Shown: in pieces, positions 1 to 8,534 of the stretch
How positions within the stretch are numbered: position 1 is the stretch's first letter
How the letters are laid out: each line of letters starts with the position of its first letter
Source: a virus
Taxonomy: Duplodnaviria > Caudoviricetes
Length of the DNA stretch: 49,331 bases
Strand: one strand, 5' to 3'
IMG/VR virus record: IMGVR_UViG_3300003969_000007
Span: 1 to 49,331 of that record
The notes under the pieces: model-generated
Database searches by the model: none
The model's input: the letters and a program-made list of their open reading frames with translations, nothing else
What the model was told of the DNA's origin: nothing
Program-made: the position numbers and the translations under genes

Positions 1-1197
1 ATGCATAAAACCAAGAATGCCGAGAGCCTCAAACCTGGCTGGCGTCGTGTGAAGTTTGGTGATGTGGTGCGGCTGTCTAAGGCGCGTTGCGCTGACCCTC
101 TGGCCGAAGGCGTGGAGCGATATGTTGGCCTGGAGCACTTGGAGCCAGGCGACTTGCGGATTCGCAATTGGGGCAATGTTGCCGACGGCGTCACCTTCAC
201 GAGCGTATTCAAACCCGGGCAGGTGTTATTCGGCAAGCGTCGCGCTTACCAGCGCAAGGTGGCGGTAGCGGACTTTTCTGGTGTGTGTTCGGGCGACATC
301 TATGTATTTGAGAGCCAAGATGCATCCAAACTGCTACCCGAGTTGCTGCCGTTCATTTGCCAGACCGATGCCTTTTTTGATCATGCGGTCGGCACTTCTG
401 CTGGGTCACTGAGTCCTCGGACCAACTGGACAAGTTTGGCAGATTTCGAATTCTCACTGCCTCCTTTGGATAAGCAGCGGACGATTGTTGAAGTTCTATC
501 GGCTAGCCGCGAATGCGGGGATGCATACAAATCAGCCGAAATTTCACTGCAAACCTACCTTCTATCCAGAACAGATGAAGTATTTTCTAGGCCAATAGAC
601 GATTGCACAAAGATGCAAACCATTGGCAACATTGCAGAGGTGCAGTACGGTCTGACGATAAATGCCAAACGACGAACTATAGAGAAGCAATTGCCATATC
701 TACGTGTGGCAAATGTTCAACGATTCCACATAGATCTGTCTGAGGTTAAGGATGTTGGTGTGGATGGCAAGGACGATGGCTGCATCCTTAAAAGAGATGA
801 CATCCTTGTGGTCGAGGGCCATGCCGATATCAATCAGTTGGGTCGAGCGTCGATCTGGGAAGATCAGCTTCCTATTTGCTTACATCAAAATCACCTGATT
901 CGGATTCGATGCCTGCCTAAGGCCGATCCCTATTACGTGCTCGAATACGTCAACTCTCCGGCTGGGCGTGCATACTTTCGTGGGCGGGGAAAGAGTACGA
1001 GTGGACTAAACACTCTTAACTCGACCGTGGTTCGTGAGATGACTATTCCAGTCCCAACGCTCGAGATGCAAAAATCAATCGCTAAGGAGCTCAGAGAAGC
1101 TCGGCAAAGCCTGAAAGGCATTTCAGAACGAAAAGAGCAGCATTTGGCGGTCTCAAATCGACTGAGTGCAGAGATATTCGGAGGAATTCCTGAATGA
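1..1197 (+). CDS. hsdS: Type I restriction-modification specificity subunit
   Basis: 398 aa with a two-TRD layout (GWRRVKFGDV...LFGKRRAYQRK; LPYLRVANVQ...IPVPTLEMQKSIA). Its stop overlaps the hsdR start (ATGA). Confidence 0.92.
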   Translation: MHKTKNAESLKPGWRRVKFGDVVRLSKARCADPLAEGVERYVGLEHLEPGDLRIRNWGNVADGVTFTSVFKPGQVLFGKRRAYQRKVAVADFSGVCSGDIYVFESQDASKLLPELLPFICQTDAFFDHAVGTSAGSLSPRTNWTSLADFEFSLPPLDKQRTIVEVLSASRECGDAYKSAEISLQTYLLSRTDEVFSRPIDDCTKMQTIGNIAEVQYGLTINAKRRTIEKQLPYLRVANVQRFHIDLSEVKDVGVDGKDDGCILKRDDILVVEGHADINQLGRASIWEDQLPICLHQNHLIRIRCLPKADPYYVLEYVNSPAGRAYFRGRGKSTSGLNTLNSTVVREMTIPVPTLEMQKSIAKELREARQSLKGISERKEQHLAVSNRLSAEIFGGIPE

Positions 1198-4193
1198 GCG
1201 CATTCAACGAAGCAAACACCGTCGAAGCATACGTTCGCGACCTGCTCGCTGGCCCCTTAAAAACAGTTCCGGCCAATGTTGCGCAGGAGCCGCAGGCCAG
1301 TTATGTCACCAGTCCCAAGGGGGTCGGCTGGCGTTACAAGGCACCGGCGGAGGTACCACGACAGATTCAGGAGGTGTTGGTCGAATCCTGGCTGCGTGAT
1401 GCGCTGATTCGCCTAAACCCTGAAATTTCCGTCCAGCCGGACCGTGCAGATGAGGTGCTCTACAAGCTGCGGGCCATCGTGCTGTCGGTGCGCTCCGACG
1501 GACTGATCCGTGCCAATGAAGAGATGACCGCCTGGATGCGTGGTGAACGCTCGATGCCCTTCGGCGACAACAACCAGCATGTGCCGGTGCGCCTGATTGA
1601 CCTGGACGACCTAACGCAAAACCAATACATCGTCACCCAGCAGTACACATACCGGGCCGGGCCGACCGAGCGACGTGCCGATCTGGTGCTGCTGGTCAAT
1701 GGACTGCCGCTGGTGCTGATTGAAGCCAAAACACCGGTCAAGAAGTGCATCAGCTGGGTGGATGGTGCCGTGCAGGTAAACGCGGACTACGAGAAGTTTG
1801 TGCCTGAGCTGTTCGTCTGCAACGTGTTCTCGGTGGCCACCGAGGGCAAGGAATACCACTACGGCTCCATTGGGCTGCCAGTAAAAGACTGGGGCCCATG
1901 GCACCTGGACGAAGGTAAAGAAGCGGATGGCGCCCAACACCATCCGCTGAAAACGCTAAAGCTGTCGGCTGAGAGCATGCTGCGGCCGAATGTAGTGTTG
2001 GACATTTTGGGCAGCTTCACGCTGTTCGCCACGGACAAGAAAAAGCGCCGCATCAAGATCATTTGCCGCTACCAGCAGTATGAGGCTGCCAACAAACTGG
2101 TAGAGCGAGTGGTGGCTGGTTACCCTAAGAAAGGGCTGATCTGGCACTTTCAGGGTTCTGGCAAATCACTGCTGATGGTGTTTGCCGCGCAAAAGCTGCG
2201 CATGCACACGCATTTGAAGAACCCGACGGTGATCATTGTGGTGGACCGCATTGATCTGGACAGCCAGATCACCGGCACCTTCACCGGTGCCGACATCCCC
2301 AATTTGGAGAAGGCGGACACCCGCGAAAAGCTGCAACAGTTGCTGGGGCAGGATGTTCGCAAAATCATCATCACCACGATCTTCAAGTTCGGTGAAGCCA
2401 CCGGTTGCCTTAATAACCGCAGCAACATCATTGCGCTGGTGGATGAAGCCCACCGCACACAAGAAGGCGACCTGGGCCGCAAGATGCGGGAGGCACTGCC
2501 CAATGCGTTTCTGTTCGGCTTGACCGGCACTCCAATCAACCGCTCGGACCGTAACACCTTCTACGCCTTTGGTGCGGAAGAAGATGCTTTGGGCTACATG
2601 AGCCGCTATGGCTTTGAGGAATCTATCCGCGATGGCGCAACGCTAAAGCTGCATTTTGAGCCGCGACTGGTCAACCTGCATATCGACAAGACCGCGATAG
2701 AGACCGCGTTCAAGGAACTGACCGGTGGTTTATCAGACCTGGACCGGGACTCGCTGGGCAAGACCGCCGCCAAGATGGCCGTGCTGGTGAAAACGCCAGA
2801 GCGCATTCGCCGTGTGTGCGAAGACATCGTGTTGCACTACCAGAGCAAGGTGGAGCCCAACGGTTTCAAGGGTCAGATCGTCACCTTCGATCGGGAGTCA
2901 TGTCTGCTTTACAAAGCGGAACTGGACAAGCTGCTGCCACCCGAGGCAACGGACATCGTCATGTCGGTGCAGGCCGCTGACAAGAAAGAGCACCCCGAGT
3001 ACGCCGCCTATGACCGAAGCCGCGATGCAGAGGAACGGTTGCTGGATCGTTTTCGTGACCCTGCTGACCCGCTCAAGCTGATCATCGTCACCGCCAAGTT
3101 GCTGACTGGCTTCGATGCGCCCATCTTGCAGGCGATGTATCTGGACAAGCCACTGCGCGACCACACACTGCTGCAAGCCATTTGCCGGGTCAACCGCACG
3201 TATTCAGACCAGAAGACGCATGGCCTGATCGTGGACTATCTTGGCATCTTTGATGATGTTGCGGCAGCGCTGGAGTTTGATGATCAGAGCGTCAAGCAGG
3301 TGGTCAGCAATATTCAGGAGCTGAAAGATAAGTTGCCAGAGGCCATGCAGAAATGCCTGGCATTCTTTACCGGCGTGGATCGCAGCCAAACTGGTTACGA
3401 AGGTCTGATTGCGGCGCAGCAATGCCTGCCCAACAACACGGTGCGTGACAACTTTGCTGCCGAATACAGCGTACTTGGCAAGATCTGGGAAGCACTGTCG
3501 CCAGACGCTGTGCTCGGTCCGTTTGAGAAAGACTACAAATGGCTGTCGCAGGTGTACCAGTCAGTGCAACCATCCAGTGGCCACGGTAAGCTGATCTGGC
3601 ATTCGCTAGGTGCCAAGACGATTGAGTTGATTCACCAGAACGTGCATGTCGACGCGGTGCGCGACGACTTGGACACGCTGGTGCTGGATGCTGACTTACT
3701 TGAGGCCGTGCTGTCGAACCCGGACCCAAAGAGCGCCAAAGAGATCGAGATCAAATTGGTGCGGCGCATGCGCAAGCATCTGGGTAATCCAAAATTTAAA
3801 AAACTGTCTGAACGGTTGGACGCACTGAAAGACCGCTTTGAATCTGGGCAGATTAACAGCGTCGAATTTTTGAAGCAGTTGCTGGAGATTGCCAAGGAAA
3901 CGCTGCAAGCCGAAAAGGACGTACCGCTCGAGGAAGATGAGGATCGCGGCAAGGCGGCGCTGACAGAGCTATTCAACGAGGTCAAAACATCCGAGACGCC
4001 GATCATGGTCGAGCGCGTGGTAACGGACATTGATGAAATTGTGCGGCTGGTTCGTTTCCCTGGCTGGCAGGGCACGCAGGCCGGTGAGCGCGAAGTGAAG
4101 AAGGCCCTGCGCAAGGCGCTCTTCAAATACAAACTCCATGCGGATGAGGAGCTATTTGAGAAGGCCTATACCTACATTCGGCAGTATTACTGA
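1194..4193 (+). CDS. hsdR: Type I restriction endonuclease subunit R
   Basis: 999 aa. Nuclease motif DLVLLVNGLPLVLIEAK and SF2 helicase motifs WHFQGSGKS, VDEAHR, GLTGTP, LLTGFDAP, QAICRVNR. Confidence 0.97.
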   Translation: MSAFNEANTVEAYVRDLLAGPLKTVPANVAQEPQASYVTSPKGVGWRYKAPAEVPRQIQEVLVESWLRDALIRLNPEISVQPDRADEVLYKLRAIVLSVRSDGLIRANEEMTAWMRGERSMPFGDNNQHVPVRLIDLDDLTQNQYIVTQQYTYRAGPTERRADLVLLVNGLPLVLIEAKTPVKKCISWVDGAVQVNADYEKFVPELFVCNVFSVATEGKEYHYGSIGLPVKDWGPWHLDEGKEADGAQHHPLKTLKLSAESMLRPNVVLDILGSFTLFATDKKKRRIKIICRYQQYEAANKLVERVVAGYPKKGLIWHFQGSGKSLLMVFAAQKLRMHTHLKNPTVIIVVDRIDLDSQITGTFTGADIPNLEKADTREKLQQLLGQDVRKIIITTIFKFGEATGCLNNRSNIIALVDEAHRTQEGDLGRKMREALPNAFLFGLTGTPINRSDRNTFYAFGAEEDALGYMSRYGFEESIRDGATLKLHFEPRLVNLHIDKTAIETAFKELTGGLSDLDRDSLGKTAAKMAVLVKTPERIRRVCEDIVLHYQSKVEPNGFKGQIVTFDRESCLLYKAELDKLLPPEATDIVMSVQAADKKEHPEYAAYDRSRDAEERLLDRFRDPADPLKLIIVTAKLLTGFDAPILQAMYLDKPLRDHTLLQAICRVNRTYSDQKTHGLIVDYLGIFDDVAAALEFDDQSVKQVVSNIQELKDKLPEAMQKCLAFFTGVDRSQTGYEGLIAAQQCLPNNTVRDNFAAEYSVLGKIWEALSPDAVLGPFEKDYKWLSQVYQSVQPSSGHGKLIWHSLGAKTIELIHQNVHVDAVRDDLDTLVLDADLLEAVLSNPDPKSAKEIEIKLVRRMRKHLGNPKFKKLSERLDALKDRFESGQINSVEFLKQLLEIAKETLQAEKDVPLEEDEDRGKAALTELFNEVKTSETPIMVERVVTDIDEIVRLVRFPGWQGTQAGEREVKKALRKALFKYKLHADEELFEKAYTYIRQYY

Positions 4194-4236
4194 CGAAAGA
4201 GAACTACTACATAAGCATTTAGGGGGGAGTGAGATC

Positions 4237-5070
4237 ATGGCTTTAGGGCGAATGGAGCGCATTCTTATTCTGGCAAAGACGTATCCGTCTCCCAGTGCAC
4301 AGTACATGGAGACATCCTGCGTCGCAGGCATCAGCCAGGATGGTTCTATGCGACGCCTGTTCCCAGTTCCATTCCGGATGGTCGAGCATGGCCAGCAATT
4401 CAAAAAGTGGCAGTGGATCGATGTCCGTGTCGAAAAAGCCAATAAGGACCATCGACTAGAAAGCCACAAGCTGTGGGTTGACACCATCACCTGCAAGGAT
4501 GTGATTGACCACAAAAGGGGCTGGTCGGATCGATGGCCTTGGCTCGACAAGATTCCAAATTTCGCCAGTATGGATGCGATCGACTCAGCCCGTGAGCAAG
4601 ATGGGTTGTCCCTTGCCCTTCTTCGTCCCAAGAAGCTGCTGGGACTGGAGATTTCAAAAGCGCGCAATGCCGATTGGACAGAGGAAGAGAAGGAAAAGCT
4701 GGTCCGCGAACAGATGCAGGAGGATCTTTTTTCCGACGTCGATGCCAAGCGCCAGGTCAAGGAATTACGCAAAGTACCGTTTGATTTTTACTACCGGTAT
4801 GTATGTGACACCCCTGAGGGCGAAAAAGAACACCGCCACAAGATCGTCGATTGGGAAGCCGGTGCGCTGTATTGGAATTGCCGAGAAAGCCACGGCACAG
4901 ACTGGGAGGCACCCTTTCGGGCCAAGCTAGAGGGTCAGCTCGGCACCAAGGATTTGATGTTTCTCATGGGAAACCAGCACCGCTTCCAAGACCAATGGTT
5001 GATCATCAGCCTGGTTTACCCACCTAAGCGAACGCCAGTGGAAGAGTCTTCGCAGGGCCAGCTTTTTTAG
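4237..5070 (+). CDS. Conserved hypothetical protein (277 aa) paired with DUF488; possibly nucleic-acid binding
   Basis: Likely start is ATG 4237 after GGGGGGAG. N-terminus ILILAKTYPSPS..ETSCVAG..RLFPVPF; QEDLF internally and QGQLF at the C-terminus. Confidence 0.7.
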   Translation: MALGRMERILILAKTYPSPSAQYMETSCVAGISQDGSMRRLFPVPFRMVEHGQQFKKWQWIDVRVEKANKDHRLESHKLWVDTITCKDVIDHKRGWSDRWPWLDKIPNFASMDAIDSAREQDGLSLALLRPKKLLGLEISKARNADWTEEEKEKLVREQMQEDLFSDVDAKRQVKELRKVPFDFYYRYVCDTPEGEKEHRHKIVDWEAGALYWNCRESHGTDWEAPFRAKLEGQLGTKDLMFLMGNQHRFQDQWLIISLVYPPKRTPVEESSQGQLF

Positions 5071-5506
5071 CAGCCGCTTTAATGTGCGTTACCTTGGCGC
5101 CGCTATAGTCTTTCACCGCATTTGCGACCATGGAGCGATGGCAAAAATTCGAATCCGCTTCAAAGCACAGCAGCGCGCAATTTGCGCCACTAGTCAGAAT
5201 TGACAGTTCGGCGATGGCGTCGTCTTGGGTTTTGAGGTGCTTCATGAACCCCTCGGTGTAACGCTTCCAGTTGCCATCTTCGCGGTACTGATCACGCACG
5301 GGCTTGGGGCAGCCTAATTCGGACATGTGGACGTATTCCCGCCCAGAAATGTTTAACAAATTGGCGAGCGCATTTTTGGAGAATCCAGCCTTGCGCGACA
5401 GAGGCAGCTCACGAACGTCGACGATCGTGTCAATGTCGTGCTCTGCAAGCAGCGACATGAACCCGTCGATATCGAGTCCTTCGTAGCCAATGGTAAAAAC
5501 GTTCAT
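5024..5506 (-). CDS. DUF488 family protein
   Basis: Family motifs FTIGYEG, IVDVRELPLSRKAGFSK and ALLCFE..FCHR. Confidence 0.9.
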   Translation of the reverse strand: MNVFTIGYEGLDIDGFMSLLAEHDIDTIVDVRELPLSRKAGFSKNALANLLNISGREYVHMSELGCPKPVRDQYREDGNWKRYTEGFMKHLKTQDDAIAELSILTSGANCALLCFEADSNFCHRSMVANAVKDYSGAKVTHIKAAAKKAGPAKTLPLAFA

Positions 5507-5654
5507 TCAATAACCCCTGTATCGGTTGATTTTAACGGTGCAGCGCTCTGGGCATGTGACCGAATACCCTTGGTGGCGACTGCACTGGGGTTATCGGCTT
5601 TGGGCGCCACTCACGCCGTGAAGTTGCGTCAATTTGGTGCGCGTTAAAGCGAAA

Positions 5655-6107
5655 TCAACGTAGCAGCAAGGCCTCAGCCTGGCGGCGCAGCACCAGTCCA
5701 GGTAGCACTTTGCCGCCGCCATGCACCCATTTGGAGATTTCTTTCACCGCCCCTGGCCAATCCAAGAGATTCACCCTGCGGCGTAAAGTGGATGTCTGAA
5801 GTCGGCCAGCGCCAAGATTGAATGTGAAGTCCACGATCGCCGCGAGCCGATTGTCGGAAACGGTAGCGAGTATGGGGCAGTAGCGCAGGGTTGCTCTCAA
5901 CGCAATTTCCAGGTCCGAAGCTAAGTACGCCTCCGCTTGGTCCCGATTAATCTGCGGATGGTCGGCCGCGCAAAGATGCCCATACCCAATAGTCCAGAAA
6001 CCTGCCGGGCAAACATAGGGATAGGCCCGATCTGGATCCAGCTTGGGCACTCGATGGAACCCCTCGAATCGCTTGGCCAGTTCCACCGCCGCCATCGGCA
6101 CCCGCAT
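5655..6107 (-). CDS. Phage lysozyme/endolysin (GH24)
   Basis: FEG...YVCPAGFWTIGYGH, DFTFNLG...STL, LPGLVLRRQAE. ATG overlaps the upstream TGA (GTG 6110 is an alternative start). Confidence 0.93.
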   Translation of the reverse strand: MRVPMAAVELAKRFEGFHRVPKLDPDRAYPYVCPAGFWTIGYGHLCAADHPQINRDQAEAYLASDLEIALRATLRYCPILATVSDNRLAAIVDFTFNLGAGRLQTSTLRRRVNLLDWPGAVKEISKWVHGGGKVLPGLVLRRQAEALLLR

Positions 6108-6583
6108 CACCGGCCGCCTTTGTCAAACACACGCCCCAGAAACCAGAAATTCAGCACGCCAGCCCACAGGGCTTGGTCTGCCTCGCTCCACGCCTGCAGG
6201 GCCGCAGTGCCCCACCCTGCCCCGCCGTGCAAAGCAGCCGCGAAGGCAGCGATCTTGGCTGCGCAGTACAGTGCCATAAACCAGTAGGTGATGATGGGCC
6301 GAACACTGGCGGACAAGGCATCAGCCCATCGCACACCCGTTTTCTCACCCTGAGTGCGAATGGCGTCTTTCAGGGCATCGATGGCACCTGTGTTCCATGC
6401 GGCATCGGCGCTGGCACCGATTTCAGCCATGCGCGAGGCGCCACGAATCTTTTCGAACTCCAACGCCTTGTCCTGCATCGCCAGCTCATGACCGCGCTCA
6501 CCATTGCGGTCCATCCATTTCAGTATTTCAGGTGCCAGACGGAAAACACCGCCCAGCAAGCCACCGAGTAATGTTTCAATCAT
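6107..6583 (-). CDS. Membrane protein, putative holin
   Basis: Likely start MIETLLGGLLGG. Hydrophobic segments with SVRPIITY and FWFLGR; directly upstream of the lysozyme. Confidence 0.65.
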   Translation of the reverse strand: MIETLLGGLLGGVFRLAPEILKWMDRNGERGHELAMQDKALEFEKIRGASRMAEIGASADAAWNTGAIDALKDAIRTQGEKTGVRWADALSASVRPIITYWFMALYCAAKIAAFAAALHGGAGWGTAALQAWSEADQALWAGVLNFWFLGRVFDKGGR

Positions 6584-6873
6584 TGGCCACCTCCAAAAAT
6601 TTTGAACTTGATCGCCGCGCCCGTCACCAATGCCAGCAATAAGCCGGTGGTGATGGCCTTTACAACCGTGCGCCACGCTGTGAGACGTGCCTCGCGCCAG
6701 GCATCCAGCAGGTTGCGCAAAGCGCGGATGTCCCGCGCTGCGTCCTCACCATCAAGACCCACTTCGTGCAGTGCGTGCAATGCACCCTTTTCTGCGGCTT
6801 GTTCCAGCATGGCCGCAAACTCTTCCTGGGGCACTGTCACCATGCGCCGACGTTCCACTTGTGTGGTTTCCAT
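6580..6873 (-). CDS. Small membrane protein of the lysis cassette (DUF6127-like)
   Basis: Start METTQVERRR after GGAGGG; one C-terminal transmembrane helix. Confidence 0.65.
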   Translation of the reverse strand: METTQVERRRMVTVPQEEFAAMLEQAAEKGALHALHEVGLDGEDAARDIRALRNLLDAWREARLTAWRTVVKAITTGLLLALVTGAAIKFKIFGGGQ

Positions 6874-6891
6874 AGCTTTCCCTCCAGACGT

Positions 6892-6915
6892 AAAAAAACC
6901 CGCCACGGGCGGGTT
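6892..6915 (-). terminator. Intrinsic terminator between tail and lysis genes
   Basis: Stem AACCCGCC/GGCGGGTT with a 3-nt loop, ending in a 7-T run on the minus strand. Confidence 0.75.
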
Positions 6916-6937
6916 GGGTTTATTGGTTTCTACTCAT

Positions 6938-7288
6938 TCAAATGGCAATGCCAGCGCTCCAGCCAGCGGCCTTGTAGGCACTCAGTACCGCCTCGTCTTC
7001 GATAAAGCAAAGCCATCCCAACTTCGGCAGGTAGTACTCCCAGGCATCGCCAATGCGCACGGCAACTTGTCCTGTCTTGCCAGCCCAGACGCCAGTGGCT
7101 CCTGCAGGCACGATGTAGCGGTCGCCATTGACGGGGCTTGCGGGTGGCGTGGCGAGGCCTCGGTCCTTAACGGACAGCCCGACCACCGCACCCAAACGTT
7201 TGAGGTTGGCGTCCATGCCGGTATCCCAGCCGGATTCACCCAGCGTCCAGTTGTAGTTCAGTCCCAAATTCGGATCGGTCAGTGACAT
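6938..7288 (-). CDS. DUF2793-like tail-associated protein
   Basis: Start MSLTDPNLGL after AAGGAG; motif TPPASPVNGDRYIVPAGATGVWAG...GWL. Confidence 0.8.
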   Translation of the reverse strand: MSLTDPNLGLNYNWTLGESGWDTGMDANLKRLGAVVGLSVKDRGLATPPASPVNGDRYIVPAGATGVWAGKTGQVAVRIGDAWEYYLPKLGWLCFIEDEAVLSAYKAAGWSAGIAI

Positions 7289-7299
7289 TGGTATCTCCT

Positions 7300-7896
7300 T
7301 TAGTTCGGTGCCGCCAATACGCGGCGGCAAATTTCAGCGTCGTCATAACCAGTGCGGCGATGTGCTTGATTGGCGTGCTGTCGCCAGTAGCGACCCACGA
7401 TGGGGAGGTGCAATACAGCACCGCGCTGGGCCAGCCTTTGTGTCAGCATCCAGATCTGGCAACCATGCATGGTCATTAGCAAAGGCTGCTCGCGTAAGAC
7501 GGCTTCCCTTCGCATAACGATCAGACCGTGCACGTGGCTTGCGCTGTTTGCATGCTGCCAGCGGCTATAGGTATGGGGACGGCGCGCGTGTTGCTTACCC
7601 TGCGCATCCATGTACGCCTCGTCGGTGTATGCCATCAAGGCCTGTGGACAGGAATCCAGCGCGTCAGCAAGCTTCGCAAATACACTGGCCTCGTACCGGT
7701 CATCGGGATCCACAAAGGACACCAATGGCAATTCGCCACAGGCAAACCCCAGAGCTCTGGCTTGACCGATATGTCCAGCAATGCCAGGCAAGACGTGCAA
7801 TTCAATGGGTGCTCCTTGCAGACTCTGAATACATTCCTCTCGCCAATCGCTGGGCTCGTGCAGTGTGAGCAAGTGAACATCAATCCGGGGAGTCAT
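7300..7896 (-). CDS. GT-A (GT2-like) glycosyltransferase, copy 2
   Basis: 198 aa with IGQARALG...VSFVDPDD (DxD), MAYTDE, HGLIVMRR and YWRQH. Confidence 0.72.
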   Translation of the reverse strand: MTPRIDVHLLTLHEPSDWREECIQSLQGAPIELHVLPGIAGHIGQARALGFACGELPLVSFVDPDDRYEASVFAKLADALDSCPQALMAYTDEAYMDAQGKQHARRPHTYSRWQHANSASHVHGLIVMRREAVLREQPLLMTMHGCQIWMLTQRLAQRGAVLHLPIVGRYWRQHANQAHRRTGYDDAEICRRVLAAPN

Positions 7897-7931
7897 AGCT
7901 GGTACACACCTTTGCGACGTACGAACATTGG

Positions 7932-8534
7932 CTAAACGCGAGTTCGGATTTCCCGCCGTATCGCATCAATTTCGGCTTGGCCCGATAGCAGGTGCGCCTG
8001 GCGGGCATGCTGGCGCCAGTGGCGACCAATGATGGGCAAGTGCACCACGGGACTGGATCTGGTGATACGCAAGGTCAGCATCCACTCGGCATACACATGC
8101 ATGGACGCAATGTCACTCAAATGATCCTGTGCGGCACTTCGGCGATAGACCACCAGGCTGTGAACCAGGCTGGGTGAATGGGCATGGGCGTATCGGCTAT
8201 AGGCAAGGTTCCGAACCGTCCGGTTTTCTGCAAGGGCATCCATGACGGTTTCGTCGGTATAGGCCAAGCCTGCGACAGCATTTTGATCAAGCGCATCGGC
8301 CAGTTGGGCGAACGCAGCGGGCTCATAGAGGTTGTCCGGATCGAGAATGACGGCATAGGGGCAACCCGCCTGGGCGAAATGGTGCGCCATATCGGCACCA
8401 ATGGTGGTTCTCCGGTTAGTAGGAATCACGTTGAGGTTGATCTCCGCGCCGTACAGGCTCTCCAGCGCAGCTTGCCGCCACTCTGGCGGCTCATCCAGCG
8501 TGAGCATATAGGCATCAATGCGTATGTCACTCAT
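7932..8534 (-). CDS. GT-A (GT2-like) glycosyltransferase, copy 1
   Basis: 200 aa, colinear paralogue of 7300-7896 (VILDPDN, LAYTDE, HSLVVYRR, HWRQH). ATGA-coupled to the tail tip gene. Confidence 0.68.
   Translation of the reverse strand: MSDIRIDAYMLTLDEPPEWRQAALESLYGAEINLNVIPTNRRTTIGADMAHHFAQAGCPYAVILDPDNLYEPAAFAQLADALDQNAVAGLAYTDETVMDALAENRTVRNLAYSRYAHAHSPSLVHSLVVYRRSAAQDHLSDIASMHVYAEWMLTLRITRSSPVVHLPIIGRHWRQHARQAHLLSGQAEIDAIRREIRTRV

Noticed and set aside
4138-4236. Longest-ORF N-terminal extensions (also at 6676, 7330, 23161, 24575, 29912, 33031, 36328, 40742)
   Set aside because: They overlap neighbouring genes; downstream starts with an RBS or stop-start coupling fit better.
5531-5648. 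Short inverted repeats (TTTAACG/CGTTAAA, GTGGCG/CGCCAC) and a CAGAGCG half-motif as an att site or fifth motif copy
   Set aside because: Only 6-7-bp matches, no convincing counterpart near 47516-47580, and the CTTGGCTTC half is missing.
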